From contig OZ316891.1 in the NCBI GenBank assembly GCA_973895155.1, positions 18,471,987 to 18,535,986 on the forward strand: a DNA stretch of 64,000 nt, written 5' to 3'. The notes beneath the pieces were generated by a model. It worked only from the letters and a program-made list of their open reading frames with translations. It ran no database searches and was not told where the DNA came from. Made by a program: the position numbers and the translations under genes. This DNA comes from Marsupella aquatica (Eukaryota > Plantae > Marchantiophyta). Positions 24,113 to 38,829 of this stretch are shown here, piece after piece; the first letter of the stretch is position 1, and each line of letters starts with the position of its first letter.

Positions 24113-27100
24113 GATCGGACGACTCATCACCTCGAATGATCTCGAGAGTGACCTAGTGCTGATTCTAAAGTGAACGTACCTGGATCGATCGACAGAGAAT
24201 GGAATGGCAGGATGCCTGGTGCGACTTGCGGGAGCTTCAGACGCGGGTGTAGCACGCACCGAGTAGATTTGCTCTAATAAAAACTCAAAAATCGATTCTC
24301 GTCCCATCATCGAAAGACTTACATGAGGCGTTGCATATGTTTTGGAGTGAACATCATATGGTTTTTTTGTACATAATAGGCCAGTTATCACTGATTCTTG
24401 TTTCCATGATCTAAGACAGAAATGCGGCAGCGTTCGATGCTGCTTTTAGGTGATACGTGCACAATATCTTTATTTGGCTGGCCTTTTTGCAAACCTCAAA
24501 ATGGTTTCATTCTATTCAGAGCCAATTGGGTCCCATGTCTTTGCTCTTTGAAACCTCAAAAACTGAGCTGCAATGGGTTCGTCCAAAGGGTGGAATGTTT
24601 TATCATAGTACCGACATTTTCCATGATTCTTGTTTTACTTTAGTGCTGAAAGGAGTTGTGACTAATGAGTGTCAGAGCATTCGCAAAGAATGACAACCTT
24701 CAGATCTTTGGTTAATTGGGTCATTTTAGAGACAGTAATGACATGTGCAAATGGTGTATAATTCGTTAGTTCGGTCATAATGATTTTACAGACAGTAAGG
24801 ACTCCTAGTAATAACATGTGCAAACTGTGTATAATTGGTTGATTTGGTAAATTGGTCATTTTACAACAGTAATGACATGATTGTGTGTATCATTACAATG
24901 AGAGAATATTTTTCCTGTCTCACACCAGAAATAAACTCTAACTATTGATCACTTGGCCAGCAAACTTAGGTCAGCTTCAGCTAAGAAAACTCATCAAAAA
25001 CTGTGTAAACAGTCTTGTGGATTTTTAACATAGTTGTCGTATTGTGGCTGCCACTGCAAGGCTGGGAAGCAAAAGAGGGAGGGGGAGGCATGACGAAACC
25101 AAGGGGGAGGGGGAGGATCAAGGAGAAAAGAGAAGAGGGAGGCACATGGATGGGAAAATGGAGAGGGGGACGGTGGGGATTGAGGAGAATTGGGGTCAAG
25201 CATTCTCACTGAGTGATGCAAATGTGATATCACTACCCTGACCAACTGTCACCGCAACAGTGTTAATCCATTTCTTGTGCAATGACATTCTCAATGTTTT
25301 ACACACCCTCGGAGCTGTTCACAATACTGACCGTCATGAATGTTGATTTACAAGCTACATTTAGAGATTGAACTATACATAAACTAAAAGAGGAGTAAGA
25401 AAAGCCAAACAGGAAACAAGATCCCAGAGGTAGGAAACCCCAATAAAGCTAAGACCACAAAAAGACCAAAGGAGCTCACTATCATCGAACATCTATCACC
25501 CAGGCCTACATATTGATGATTAGCACAATCTACCCTCACTAAGCACATTCTCGGGAGAAGCCTAAGCAAAGCAGTTACAGAGTTTGCACTACAGTATGTG
25601 ATAAGTGCAACGTTATAATCTTGCATTGATAGATAAGTATGTCATAAGTGCAGCAGTGCCGATCTTGCACTTATTCAACTGCTGCATGATCCTCATGTGT
25701 CCTCATGGGTTCCACTATGTCATATGAGCAACAATGACGATCTTCCACTTATTCACATGCTATGATCCTCGTGCGTCTCAGATGTACAACACCTGCCCTC
25801 AAACCTTCCATAAGTGCAGCAATATACAACACTACAAGAGCGTGACAATTATCGAAATGTCTCCAAACTATATAACTCCTCTTATTAATGATTGGAAGTG
25901 TTTGCAGTAATGTTTTTGGTCTTCAGTAGAGACCTCAACACATTAAAAAAAGGCTCAAAAAAGTGTAAAATGGTCAGACAAAAAAGGAAGATTGTTCTGT
26001 CTCCCAGTAAACCAGATTTTGCACGTAGGCGGAGCGTTCTGTAATTATGGGGAAACTTACAACGATTCGGCAATAATACACCTGTCAGAAATATACGCCG
26101 ATTGGTGCAAGAAATATTTCATTGAATCATCAATTGATAGCTCAGTACCAGACTATGTGCAAACTTCCACAAAGCAGTAAGGTAGATTTAATGGAAGATT
26201 CACCCCCAACTTTGCCTGGACAGTGAAGCTAACTAAGTGCGTAGAAGCGTCAATGTCAAATCTTGCCCGGCTTTTAAGAACTGTTCCAAGGTGATCCGTC
26301 CCCATTTTAATCGAACAAGGAAAGGGATACTCCTGGAATTGTGGGTTTTCTCCTTTCTATGGACCTCTGTTACGTTCGAATGCGCGATTCTCGATCTAAC
26401 AATCTAAAGGGTTTTATTCGAAGAGCTTGCAGTCATCTCCTCTCGTTTAGATATAATTAAGACTCGTCAAGTGGGAGGCGACAGCAGAGGAAAGAGAAAT
26501 GGAGTTGGAAACAGAGGAAAGCACAATCGGAGGAATAATCATAAACGAAATTTTATCGTGCGACTTAAGTTTGTACTGGGAGAGATTTCCGAAAATTACA
26601 GATCAGTAGTGTTCTACAATGGAGACCTGTCGTTACTAGTATATATCACACTGCCAAAAAGACAGAAACCGGGAGACATGGTCCCAAAGGCGAAAGAACA
26701 CAATAAAGGGGGGGAAGGTGAAGAGAAATTTAAAAGAATGACTGTCAGCCCTGATCGAGGTCTGGAGTTATGTTCTGACATAAAAGCGATCGAGGGAGAA
26801 TATTCAGAGAAAACTGATAAAGCCTGAAGAACATCTGCCTGATGACGGCCCACTCCAGGTATCGAGATATTTCTATTATATTTTTCGAAACTGTAACCGC
26901 AAGATGTAGGTTGGATCTTCAATAGCCGTCAAGTATATATCCAAGAGCCGTCAAGTATATATATCACACTGCCAAAAAACAAAAGGTCCCCCCAGAAAGC
27001 AAAAGGTGCCCCCAGAAAGCAAAAGGTGCCCAACCTGGAGACACGATCTCACAGACGAGAGACCCACACGATCTCACAGACGAGAGACCCACTAGGAGGG

Positions 27101-29779
27101 CAACAAGGGAAAACCCAGGAAGTCCAAAGAGCCAAAGCAGGAAGTCAAAAGAGCCAAAGCAGGAAACCAAAGAGCCAAAGCAAAGAGTCAAAGCATTTGA
27201 AATCTGAGAGGAATTATGTTCAAATCCAGGAAGATCTAGAACATTGAACAGGAAGGCAGTAGAAAGTCCGGTTTTGAAACAGGGGAATAAGACGAGGAAG
27301 ATAATGGAATGAAGTAGTGTACATTCACAGATACACACCTACTAATTTTCTCTTTTCCATGACTACACTGACTGAACTTTTGATAGTCTATGGTACTCAC
27401 AAGATCTTGAATCATGTCTCAAGCACTTCTTTTCCTATGGCGGATGCTATAGTCTGAATGGATATGAGTTTTAAGCAAACAGTTGAACTGCTGAGATTTT
27501 AGTAATTTGGTTACCTCTATACAGAATTTGAACTTTTGATATTCCGAAAGTAAGGTTAACCATTGATCGTCAGGTAGGTTTGTGAGGTGATATGAGTCTT
27601 AATCGGAGTGGTCTCACCATGTTGCTCATGGAAATTATTTCTGCTCTGGTTCGATTGACTCTAATCTCGCTCTCCAAAAGGGAAAAAAAATTGTCCCGAT
27701 TTGTGGGTAAACTTTCTTGTGACTCTTTTAACATTTATTGCTAAATAAAATCTGAAACTAAACCTGTCCTTTCGATTGTTTTTTGTTTGTAGCATAGCAA
27801 ACTGGTGCAAAGCATCAGCTCGCTCACCAGTTTTCTGATATCGAGATGTCTGATGATTGGATGAGACCTTAGATTAGTAACTGGCGTCTACAAGTTTCTT
27901 GAATCTTGATAAAGGACCCTGCAGATGGCAAATGTTGTATTCTTCCATCAAACTAAATTGGGATCCATACTGGACTTGAGACCAGAGTGAACAATAAACA
28001 GATCGGTACCAAAATGTGAAGTGAACATTGCTGATGCGGGAAATTGAACATCAACTTCGATTCATGTCAATGACTGTCAATTCTTACTTTGGCGATTCGT
28101 CCCCTTCCCTCCGTCCATCTACGGAAAATCCTTTGAATCACGTCATGATAGCGATTAAATAATTGTTTGAGCCAATAATTATTGGGGCACATCCAAAGTT
28201 CTGGAAGGCTAATCGATAGTGAGAATCGTCTGACGTCTACAGTCGACGGGATCATCTTGACCTGTCAGAGTTGCACTTACTACTCGATGTTTGTCGAAGG
28301 AAAAAGAACTCCGAGAAGAATAAGGTCTGCATGCTCTGACATGAGAGATAATTCAATGGTCCTTATATCGGGGCCAATATTCCATGTGCTACTGTAGATC
28401 GAGAAGGCATGTGATCTGACAGTTTGTCGTACTGCAGAAATCTACAGTCGAGGAATTGTTCGTCGGTCGTCAAAGCAAAAGCGACTGAACACTGAACACT
28501 GTAGCTCTGTTGATTGGATCATTTCTTTGGGTTCTAACAAAGAATGATCCAAACCGAGGGTCTGTTGAATTACCTTCAGTATATCTATCATTCAAAAGAA
28601 CTTGGGAAAAACCAAATGGACATCTGGATGCGGACTTCCTGTTCGTACATTTCCACAGTTCTCTACTTGAGATGTATCGATTTTAGATCAGGAGCGTGCA
28701 GTTGTTGAACGAGAGTGGGAGAAATCGAGCGAGAATTGAAGTGATGAAGTGAATATGGGAGCGACAGAACTACGCATTCTCAACGATGCCAGCTTGATCG
28801 TCTGACAAAGTGAGGAGTAAATCACTCAGCTACATCCTACGATTCCACACACGTCCACCATCCTCTAAGTCCAATACTTTATGGTAAAAATCGCCAGAAT
28901 GTTCGCTTACTACGTGAACCTATACCGGCAGAAGCCGATATCCACACTGTCAACCAAAAAACTGCCCAAGGCTAGAGCACGTGGATACTGTACATTCTCG
29001 ATCATAGTTTAAATTCTCGTGGCCAATTCGAACGGCAAGGAGCATGATAGGATGACAAACGAGTCAAAAATAAAGAAAGAACTGGGCACACTCCCATAAA
29101 ACTCACGGAATTCATTCAAACAGGTTCAAAGAACAGGACGCTTTAGATTTCTACAAAGAAAAATTGATCTGTATTTGTTTCCGAGCCTACATATTTTACG
29201 ATTAAGTCAAATTAGCGCGATTGATGGGTCCTTATAGTCGAGCATTGGAGGTGTGAATTATCCATTGAGAATATTAACATCCATGAGGGACCTGCCACGG
29301 CAGCTTGTAAAAATAAATGCATGAATTGAGTCAGTGACCACAACTTTGATCTGTTTAAAGCGATCAGATCATAATGTGACCCCCCGAGCTCCAAACACTG
29401 GTTGAGATCTATACATTCTTGAAATCGACGTCTTTGAAGGGGATTTCTATACAGTATACTGACTGAACGAATTTGTGTTTCACACAGGTCAGGCGCAGAA
29501 AGCAGTGACCGACAGAAATCTGAACTGGCCGACCAAGAAACTCTGAACTTAGCGCTGAATTCTGAGTAGGTGCCTGAATTTTGATATAGCCCTAGCCTCA
29601 ACTTACAACCGATCAATTAATGGTTGAACTCCTGTACAGAAAATATCGAAGCTCGAATTTTCAACAACTCCACCTTGGCAACTATGATCATGAAACCATC
29701 TCCATCCAGTTCATACCTCGTCAAGATGTTCCTGATATGAGTCTGGAAGTAGGCGTATTGTCTAACAAATCTTGCACAA

Positions 29780-30502
29780 CTAGAGGAGCACAGCAATAGT
29801 ACCCACGAACAAAGTGGTGAACGTAAGTGGCAGTGTAGCTCTGGTCATACTGGCGTAGTTGGGGGCAGCGGTTTCCGGGGTGGTCCCGGTAGGAACTGAT
29901 CCTGCTGCTGGTGCCACCACGGAGGGCGCCGGTGCCAAAGTAGGGGCTGCTAGAGGGGCAGGAAGAAATGTGGGGAGAGGAATGAGAACGGAAGAGATCT
30001 GCAAGACGCTGTAGTCAAATGGGTGCATAGTAACGTTCCCAGTGACTGACTGATTTCCGTAGCTATCAACAACACGATGGCCGAGCAGAATTTGCTTGCC
30101 CGTGTTGTAGATGTCCACAAATCCAGTGTCATTCGTCCTCCCAGTTGTCTGCAGGAGGGTCGTGGCGGTGGTGTAATTGCCGACTGCGATCAGCTCAAGC
30201 TGAGTCCAACTCAGGTACGTAAGGAGAACCTGGTACCGAAGAGTGTCGGCGACCACAGTTGGCTTTGTGGTAATAGTACTTTGTACTCCACTCAGATAGG
30301 ATTGCAAGGCAGAGTTTGAACTAACCAGCACCGTGAGCGTTGTTCGGGCGTTGATCTCGTTCGCCACTCCTGTCGAGCTCAGCAACTGGTTGAACAGGCT
30401 GAAGTCGGGATATGGTTCTAGGACTGCCGTAATATTGAGACCGTGAACGGACACCGCCACGCAGCTTAGTACCACTGCAAGGACTACAGAAACGTGCGCC
30501 AT
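29780..30502 (-). CDS. FLA: Fasciclin-like arabinogalactan protein (single FAS1 domain, predicted GPI anchor)
   Basis: Signal peptide MAHVSVVLAVVLSCVAVSVHG; FAS1 motifs NITAVL..YPDFSLFNQLL..TGVA.EIN....LTVLV, LRYQVLL.Y, TTLLQTTG and PFDYSVLQISSVLIP; an AP/TP-rich region; a hydrophobic C-terminal tail. The ORF is intact and intronless. Confidence 0.93.
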   Translation of the reverse strand: MAHVSVVLAVVLSCVAVSVHGLNITAVLEPYPDFSLFNQLLSSTGVANEINARTTLTVLVSSNSALQSYLSGVQSTITTKPTVVADTLRYQVLLTYLSWTQLELIAVGNYTTATTLLQTTGRTNDTGFVDIYNTGKQILLGHRVVDSYGNQSVTGNVTMHPFDYSVLQISSVLIPLPTFLPAPLAAPTLAPAPSVVAPAAGSVPTGTTPETAAPNYASMTRATLPLTFTTLFVGTIAVLL

Positions 30503-33500
30503 TGCTCTGAATGATGGACTGGATCCCAGCGCGCAGCTACCACGGATTGAAGGTAGTCAACTCTTAGAATTATAGTTCTGTCAGACGTCAAACTATCATT
30601 CAGTCTTTACAGATGACCATGCAGTAATGTATGATCAGAAGACATTGGTCTCGAATCCTGAGACTGGCAAGTATTGTGACCGGCGGCTCAGTAGCATTAG
30701 GACCGCACAGCTACTTATGGAATTCAAGCGTTCAACAGACACAGCTAAGGTGGAAGAAGCAAAGGTAGCCTGGTGGAAAGCTGACGAGGAGATTGAGAAA
30801 TCGAAACAAGTGGCTGGAATGTAGTTCCACGAGACTGGAACAGGTCGCTGGAGAGAAACGAGCTAGGAGGTGACGCAGGTCAATATTCCGCCTTGACTGT
30901 AAGGTGAGTTAATTTACTTGGCTGCAGAGAAGCCAAGCAACACGCTAAGCAGTCCGGGGAGGTTTGTCAGCGAGGCCCACTGAAGTGATGGAGAAGCTAC
31001 CTAGAGCTAGCCAACTGTACCTTCGGTTGCAATAATTTCAGAAATAATTCATGCAGGCCTTATCCTTTTGGATGTTTCGTCACGTTGTCGAAGCAGTAAA
31101 GCCGTTTCCTATCCTCTCTGCTTTTTGAATGATTGAGGACTGCTTTCCAAAAGTCTGGAAAGAACCTTCAGTTGGATCTTTGCATCGATAATTGGAGCCT
31201 CGCGCGGATCAAGCTTGGTCTTCACAGCAGTTGCGCGCTTCACGGTACATAACACACCTCGGCCCATACCCTATCCTTGGTTTTGGCAAATCTTCTTCAC
31301 CCTCGTGACCAAAACATTGTAAAATATCGATCATCAAAATAGATTTTATGCTGTTTCAAAATTTCCTCCTACATATTTGATGCATTGAAGTTTCCGTTTT
31401 CAGTCGATAACCCGGCCTTTCTTCGTCCGCCACAATCTTCTTATGTTAGCATTTCATGCTTCCAGACAGTACTAATTCAGGATATACAGTCAGAATCAAT
31501 GCTCAACAGACAGGTCTTGTACTGGTCTAGGGCCTTCACTCTCTTTCTTTCTATTAGAGTTGGAAGTAATGTGGCCGAATCGGATGAGTCTGCTGTCATT
31601 AAGATATGGATCCAGGGTGCGTTGACCCGTGTCTCTCACTTGAACTACTCAGGATTCTAATAGGGGCAGAGACTATCAAAAGGCTTCCAACAGGATGTGC
31701 TTTCTATAAGTCACAAGCAGATCTGCCGGAGAAGAATCAGACAACTTCAGGTTCAGAGCATTGCCCCACAAACAGAGTTTCATGAGTCAAATTGTGTGAG
31801 TGAGAAGCAGCTGGCGTAGGTCAGATGGCCAGGAGATTAGCCCAGAACCAAAAAGTCCCATGTTAAGTCCCCCTCCATGTGCAAGGAGTGTGGAGGGTAT
31901 GTTTGTGTGTGTGGGTACTAGGGTGTAGGAGTGGGAGTGTTGGTTACTCTTCAGCCCTAGCTAGCCCTAGTCTCACCCCCTCTCCCTCCTGGTCTGGGGT
32001 CTTGTCGGATCCCTGGGGTGTTGTCGCCCTTGTGGCTACATACCCTACAAAATTGCATGCTCTAGAGCACAAAGTCTATCCTCTGCTGGATGGGTCTCCT
32101 TTGGACTTTCAAAGTTGTAGGCAATTTGTAGCAGTAAGAGAGTTTAGGGTTACTTGTTTTTATAGCTTAACAGCACAGATCACCCTTCATTTCGAATCAC
32201 CCTGTTGGTTTCCAGGCTTCTTATTAGTTGTTCCCTTCACATGTCACCATGTTCTTTCATCCTGCTTTTTGAAGTATGACTCTATCATCTCCTCATATCA
32301 GGTGAGGATGATCCTGGTCCAAAACTCGCACTTCTTATGTGACTGGTTCAGTGGTCAGGAGGGTTTCTGTTCCATTTCTTATCCCATCACTTACTACTGC
32401 AGAAGGGGACAACAGATTATTTTGACTTACCTGTTTCACAGATGTCACTTTTTGTTTATTGGAGTGCAAAAAACAAAGGTGGCAGACCTTATCCCCTCTT
32501 TGTGGTAGGAATCATGAACATGATTATGCCTTCTAAAGTTATGACTCTCGATTTGTGAAATTGGCAGTAAAAGTGCATTTTTTAAAGTATCAAGAAGGTG
32601 GAGTACAGGCTGGCTATCACCGTCCAGTGGGAAGGAAACATACCAACAAAACGTGGTGCAAAGTATGGGTGCTGTTGAAGAAGCGAATTATTTTTCAACT
32701 CTAGAAAATACGCATCCCGAGGCCCTTCTTGGGCATGCGTGGCTAAAGTGACCCTGATTCTCAGAGTCCACATCTCTGAGAAAATTTAGGGGGCGTTACA
32801 AGAAGAGAGGACAAAAACATGAGGTCAGACTAACCTGGAAATAAAGGGGTGTGCCCGTAGTAGGGTGTCTCAAACCTCTAGGTTTTGGCTGCGTTCATGG
32901 TCAGTCATGGTTTCCCATAACATTAGAACAAAATGGGAAACTAGCTGGCCCATTTTCTGACATAGCTATTTTGTTTTATTGAAAACATTTTTAAAAAAAT
33001 TATTGTATCTTATTGAAGAATATTAACTAAGTGTTCATGATTGTTAAAGTGACATTAGAATAAAGAAATTTGGGGATTTGGAAAAGCATGATGGTACATT
33101 CAGGGTACAGATCTAATGAGGTACAATAGTACTTATGACAATGATGAGTTACAATCATACTTATTACAATGAGGACTTGTTTAGGGTATAGGCAATCACA
33201 GAAATTTGAATTAAGTTAGTACATACACTTTATAACCATTCAATGTCAGCATTAGCCCTCACCCCAATGGTTGAAGGAGTAGGTTTGGGAGTGAAGGTAG
33301 AGGGATCAAAGCTCACTATAGAAGACATAGCACCTCAATGAGGAAACGCCAACTGAAGGCATTGGGACAGAGGTGAGGGTACTTTACAAATTAATTCATA
33401 TAGAAGAATAAAAGGGAAGTAAAATTTAAAGGGGGCCTGTTTATATTCAAAAAGTCAGGAACTACAAAGCATGGACTACCCTAAAGCAAATTAAAAAATG

Positions 33501-33569
33501 AAATAACTACTTATGAAAATAGCATTCATGAGCACGTCAGGTGGATTCGCCATTATAGCAATGTTGGAA

Positions 33570-33995
33570 GATTCACCACCTGAGACTTCCCAAAAAATTA
33601 TACTTTGGGGCTGGGCAATGTTATGCGGCCCTTCAAGTTTGAGACCCCTAGCTTGTTGTGACACAATGAGAAAAAGGTGGTGTGCATGTAGTATAGTGTG
33701 TTCACCACCTGAGACTTCCAAAAAAATGATACTTTGGGTGTCACAATGAGAAAAAAAGGTGGTGTGCATGTAGTAGTAGTGTGTTCACCACCTGAGACTT
33801 CCAAAAAACATGATACTTTAGGTGTCACAATGAGAGGAAAAAGCTGGTGTGCATGTAGTAGTAGTGTGTTCACCACCTGAGACTTCCAAAAAACATGATA
33901 CTTTTGGGCTGGGCAATGTTATGCGGCCCTTCAGGTTTGAGACCCCTAGCAGTGTTGTGATACATTGAGAAAAAGGTCCTGTGCATATAGTAGTA
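33570..33995. repeat. Tandem repeat array (~80-130 bp composite units)
   Basis: TTCACCACCTGAGACTTCCAAAAAA occurs 4 times, and GGGCTGGGCAATGTTATGCGGCCCTTCA.GTTTGAGACCCCTAGC occurs twice. Confidence 0.85.
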
Positions 33996-36004
33996 GTGTC
34001 AGTGATAGAATGAAAAGAGCCTTAGAGCTCCTTTCGAGGCTCCTTTCAGAATACCATCTCAAGAGGTGACCAAAACTTTAGTCAAAACTACACTGTTGGA
34101 ATCCCGGTTGGGATAAGCATTTTGGGTGACCCATTCAGGTCCAAGTGGGAGATGTTCAAGTAGGATTGTCAAAAGTCATACAATCATGTGACCTCTCAAG
34201 TTCAAAATTCATGTAAAGCCAAAGTGGCACAGGCAATGATGAAATCTTCTAACACTGAAATCTAGAAGAAAAATCTTGGATGTGACCACTCAATGATTCA
34301 TTGTCGCTTTAGGTCAACTGAAATTGCAGCATTGTTTTGGTTGATGCTGAAACACGCTGAACATCATCCAATGTATGATGCTACAAGCAGTTCTCTTGGG
34401 TTGCTTAAGGTACTAGAGAAAAAGACCAGTGTCATCTTCAAAGGGCTGACTTGACGGTCTCATTATATGGAGCCACTGCTATTATGAACCATTTAACCTA
34501 AGCAAAAAAAAATGGAATTTTAATCCTTATTAATTAGGAATATTGTTGGAATGTACTTTTCAAAATGTTTTTAGGCCCTATACTTCTTATAAGTCTCCAA
34601 ATTGGATTTAAAAGATCCTAATTTACGAAAGATTTTATTCACTCTGGAGATTCTTTTGTCCAAAAGTGAAATTAAGATTAAATTTCCAAAAAAATGATTC
34701 TAAATTCCAAAAATTTGATCTGAAATTTCCAAAACTCTAAACTGAAGTTTCCATAGGCCTTCTTTTAAAATTCCAAAACCTTATGGTGTATTGGAAGAAG
34801 TAGTACTGGACTTAATATAAAAGGGTTTTTCCAGTGAATGACTCTATATCAAACTACTATAATACTCAATCCCCCTTGTTTCTAGCATGGTCCCTTCACA
34901 AAAGTGAGTTTGGGCGGGAATGATCAGAGGCCATTGGATCTACTGGTGTTTATTCCCAACCGTCTGATAAAAAAATAGACCCCCTCCATGCACTCTCCTG
35001 CTTTGTTAAGGAATAGAGATTCTCCCACATAAAGTTGAGTATAACTGTCCTTGGTACTTGAGAGTACTGTACCCTGTGGCAGAGTTAGTTCACTTTCCCA
35101 TGACCTTGATCACCATGTTGCCTCAAGTGTTGTGTAACAAGTACACTCATCATTTCTTTATTCTTTTGCTTAGTATTATTTGTTTTCACTCTGTTTCTTC
35201 TTGAGATTGGTAGCAAGTACATTCCTCTTTCTGAGTGTTTGTTTTCACTATATTTTTTCTAAGAATTTATTTTATTTTTTGAAGGAAAGACACATGATGA
35301 AACTCTCCAACAACACAAGGCAACCAATATTGTTTTTCTAGATACTCTTTCTTTCTAGCATTCCTAACAACGTCAATTTTTTTTAAGAAAGGACACATGG
35401 CCAAGTTCCTCCACCAAAGGTTGCAACCCAACTGTTTTTTTAGAGGGGTGACGGGTTTCTGTTTTCTTCGGAAAGTAGCTTTTTTTCTAATGGTCTAAAA
35501 TTGTTTTTAGCCTATGATAATAAGGTGTTTAGGGTTGGTTATTGTCTATTCACCCTAGCCCCTCCCACATTGCATTTCTTTTGGAGAGGTGGGGATTGAA
35601 TGTCATGGCGAATCATCCATCACCCTCTCACTTTGCATTGGGTTGGCCCACCATTAAATTGGTTTCTCCCATTTTTTAGACATTTATATAGAGGTCATTC
35701 ATTTTATGTCTCCCTCCTCTGCCCCCTATGGCTTATCTTGCATGCTTCCCCATTAGTCAAACTTCTGCCCTTTTGTGCCTGGTTGGGTTGGACCTCTGGC
35801 CGGGCTCTTGCCCCCCCCCCCCCCCCCAACAGCGGATTTCGTCCCCCGGTTGTGTTCTGGGCTCCAGCCTCGCCTTTTTGAAAAGAAAAATTAAAAGAAT
35901 CAAACTTCTGCCCTTGCCACGACCTATGTATATATTGCTATTTTTTTACCATCTTCTTCATCAACAATGTGGAACCAAAAGCAAGATTTTCAAGACTACA
36001 ACAA

Positions 36005-36590
36005 CATTTTAAAATGACAACACTTCTGTGCATCACCACTTTTGCTTGAAAAGATTTTCACTCAACTATAATTCTCAGCAAAGTTTTTGTTTAATGGTAC
36101 TTTTAAATCTACTATTCAAATACAATCATCTTGCAATCACAACACTTTCTCTTGAAAATAATTTCTGTCAACAACACTTCCTCTCAGCGACATTGACCCA
36201 TTTTATTTAAAATGAAAACACTTATGTGCATCACCACTTTTGCTTGAAAAAGATTTTCACTCAACTATAATTCTTAGCAAAGTTTTTGTTTAAATAATGG
36301 TACTTTTAAATCTACTATTCAAATACAATCATCTTGCAATCACAACACTAGCTTTCTCTTGAAAATAATTTCTCTCAGTAACACTTCCTCTCAGCGACAT
36401 TGACCCATTTTATTTTAAAATGAAAACACTTCCGTGCATCACCACTTTTGCTTGAAAAAGATTTTTGCTCAACTATAATTCTCAACAAAGTTTTTATTTA
36501 AAGGTACTTTTAAATCTACTATTCAAATACAATCATCTTGCAACCACAACATTTTCTCTTGAAAACACTTCCTCTCAACGACATTGACCC
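36005..36590. repeat. Three tandem copies of a ~200-bp unit
   Basis: AAAATGA.AACACTT..GTGCATCACCACTTTTGCTTGAAAA...GACATTGACCCA starts near 36011, 36208 and 36417. Confidence 0.9.
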
Positions 36591-36659
36591 AAAGGCAGCG
36601 ACAACTTCTATGCAACACGCAGGTGTGATTGAGCCTCATCTAATGGTTGTTGGTAGTAT

Positions 36660-37430
36660 TGAGCCTCACCTTGACAATTTTGCCTCACCCCCACATCTTT
36701 GCCTCATCTCTACATCTAAACTTGCCTTTCGCATTTTGGCCTTGCCTCGACATCTTTGTATCATCTTAATATCTACACTTTCCTCAACATCTTTGCCTCA
36801 CCTCGACATCTTTCCCTCACCTCACCATCTTTCCCTCTCCTCAACATCTTTGCCTCGCCTTGACATCTTGCCCTCACCTCGACATCTTTCCCTCTCCTCA
36901 ACAACTTTCCCTTTGCTCAACCTATTTGCCTCTCCTTGACATCTTGCCCTCACCTTGACATTTTTGCCTCACCTCCACATCTTGCCCTCACCTCAACATC
37001 TTTCCCTTGCCCGAGCCCTCGCCTCAACCTCGGAGGCTTCACTTTTACAAAAATGACACATCACGTGCGACGAAGTATAGGGTCACTTTATTGGTTCAAA
37101 GGGAAGACTTAAGAATTTTTTGAGAAGAACAATAGGGTCTTTTAAATCAAAATTTGAGACTTATAAGAACATTAGGGTCCTTATAATCAAATTTTTGGAA
37201 TATTCCAATTTTATAGGGGTTGATTTTCTTACATTTAGGGGGACGGTCCGAGGCCAAAAAACATGGCAGTGATGGGGAGGCATCCATATAGTGAGACTCC
37301 CAATGCCTCAATATCTTGCCCTCTCCTTGACATCTTGCCCTCACGTCCATATCTTTGCCTCTCCTCGACATGTTCAGCCTCAACATCTTGCTTTCATCTC
37401 AACATCTTGCCCCTCACATCAACATTGTCA
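36660..37430 (+). repeat. Degenerate ~18-bp minisatellite (CCTCRACATCTTKCCCTC)
   Basis: Many copies at 36660-37030 and 37305-37420. A degenerate opposite-strand relative is visible near 61360-61560. Confidence 0.7.
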
Positions 37431-38829
37431 CACCATGCATTCTAGATGCTGTTGTAGTATGTAGTGCTAGTTGAGTATGTACATTTTGTATGTGTGCTAT
37501 TGGAGCCGATAGGGTTCCATTAGGTTTTTGTGGGAGAGTAGTTCTCCTTTGTGAGGCATCGAAAGGTCATCTTTGGATGTTGAGCCTTGGAGAGAGGGGA
37601 GCTCAAGTGTGGCTATGGTGGCTATGAGCTCCGCTTGTGCAACGTGGATTCCTTGAGTAGTGCAAGGTGTGTTGGCTTGACATACATGTGTGATCGGATC
37701 GGTGCGAGATTGATGGGGTATTGTTGACCGGGATTGTTGTGCCAATTGTTGTGAAGATTATTGTGGGTTTTGGACAATCATGTGTGGACATGAGTTCCAC
37801 TTGTATTCCATTCTCTTGTGTTTGTGATGCTACATTCTGGATATGTTTGGATGTGTGTGACAAACGATGTATACTGTGTACATAGCGATGTGTACATGCA
37901 CACGATAACGTCTTTCCCTTTCCCCCGCCCTTTCCTTGACATATGGCCCTCACCTCGGAATCTTTCGTGCAACGCACGAGCATTGGGCTTGTTGAAACTG
38001 TCTACTGTCTTAATGTCAAGCCGTGCCCTATGCCATACCGAAGCTCTTACCCATTTTTGAACCTAACGGGCTGCAGGAATAGAAAACCATCATCAAAGTT
38101 GTGCCAAAACATAAACCAGCATCTGTAAATGCAATTGGTGCATCGCAAACAGCAATGGGCATTGTACAGACTAGCTTAATATGGCTCAAATGTTAGAGGG
38201 CATTAAGGTGGCGTAGATTTAGCCAGGACGTTTAATTGCACTCCCATCAAGGGACTATGACTACTGACATAGCTAGTTGATATGACTGACAATTGTGGGG
38301 ACAATTGTCAAAAATCTATTTACAACCAACAGATCAAAATAATATATCTAGCTAGTTTAGGGGTCACGTGCATAGTGACCACTATGAAAACTTCAACTGG
38401 ATCTAGTCTCAAGGCTCTCCTTATTTGGAGGCAACCTCATAAAGTGTGACTATTTAACCGCAGGTATTTAAGTGGCTTCCTATTTAATTGTATTTTTTGT
38501 AATATAGGGTCCTTGTAATTTAAACTATCACAAGGAAATAAGCTGGGAGGAACTGAGGGTTTTGTTTTGCCTATTCCCATGGATTGTGACCAAGTGTACG
38601 TAATTACTATTTTTTTGTATGGATTGCTTGATGTGAAGATTTATATGACTAAGTCTCTAGGTTTTGTTGCCCCGTTTGTTGCATGATCGAGAAGATCGAA
38701 GACTAGCTAGACACTTGGTGCGTAAGCTCTTGCACTCCTTATATGATTTGAAGCACAGTCCCAAATAGTGGAATACATGTTTTGATTCTTTCATGTTAAA
38801 TATCCCCCGTGTTATCCAAGGGGATCACC

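Noticed and set aside
25830-25845. CACTACAAGA as a CACTA left end
   Set aside because: Isolated motif with no partner terminus or transposase nearby.
31879-32508. 209-aa ORF
   Set aside because: GTG start, no recognisable motifs, and a composition typical of non-coding sequence.
36538-36939. 133-aa Leu/Ser/Pro-rich ORF
   Set aside because: Translation of the ~18-bp minisatellite.
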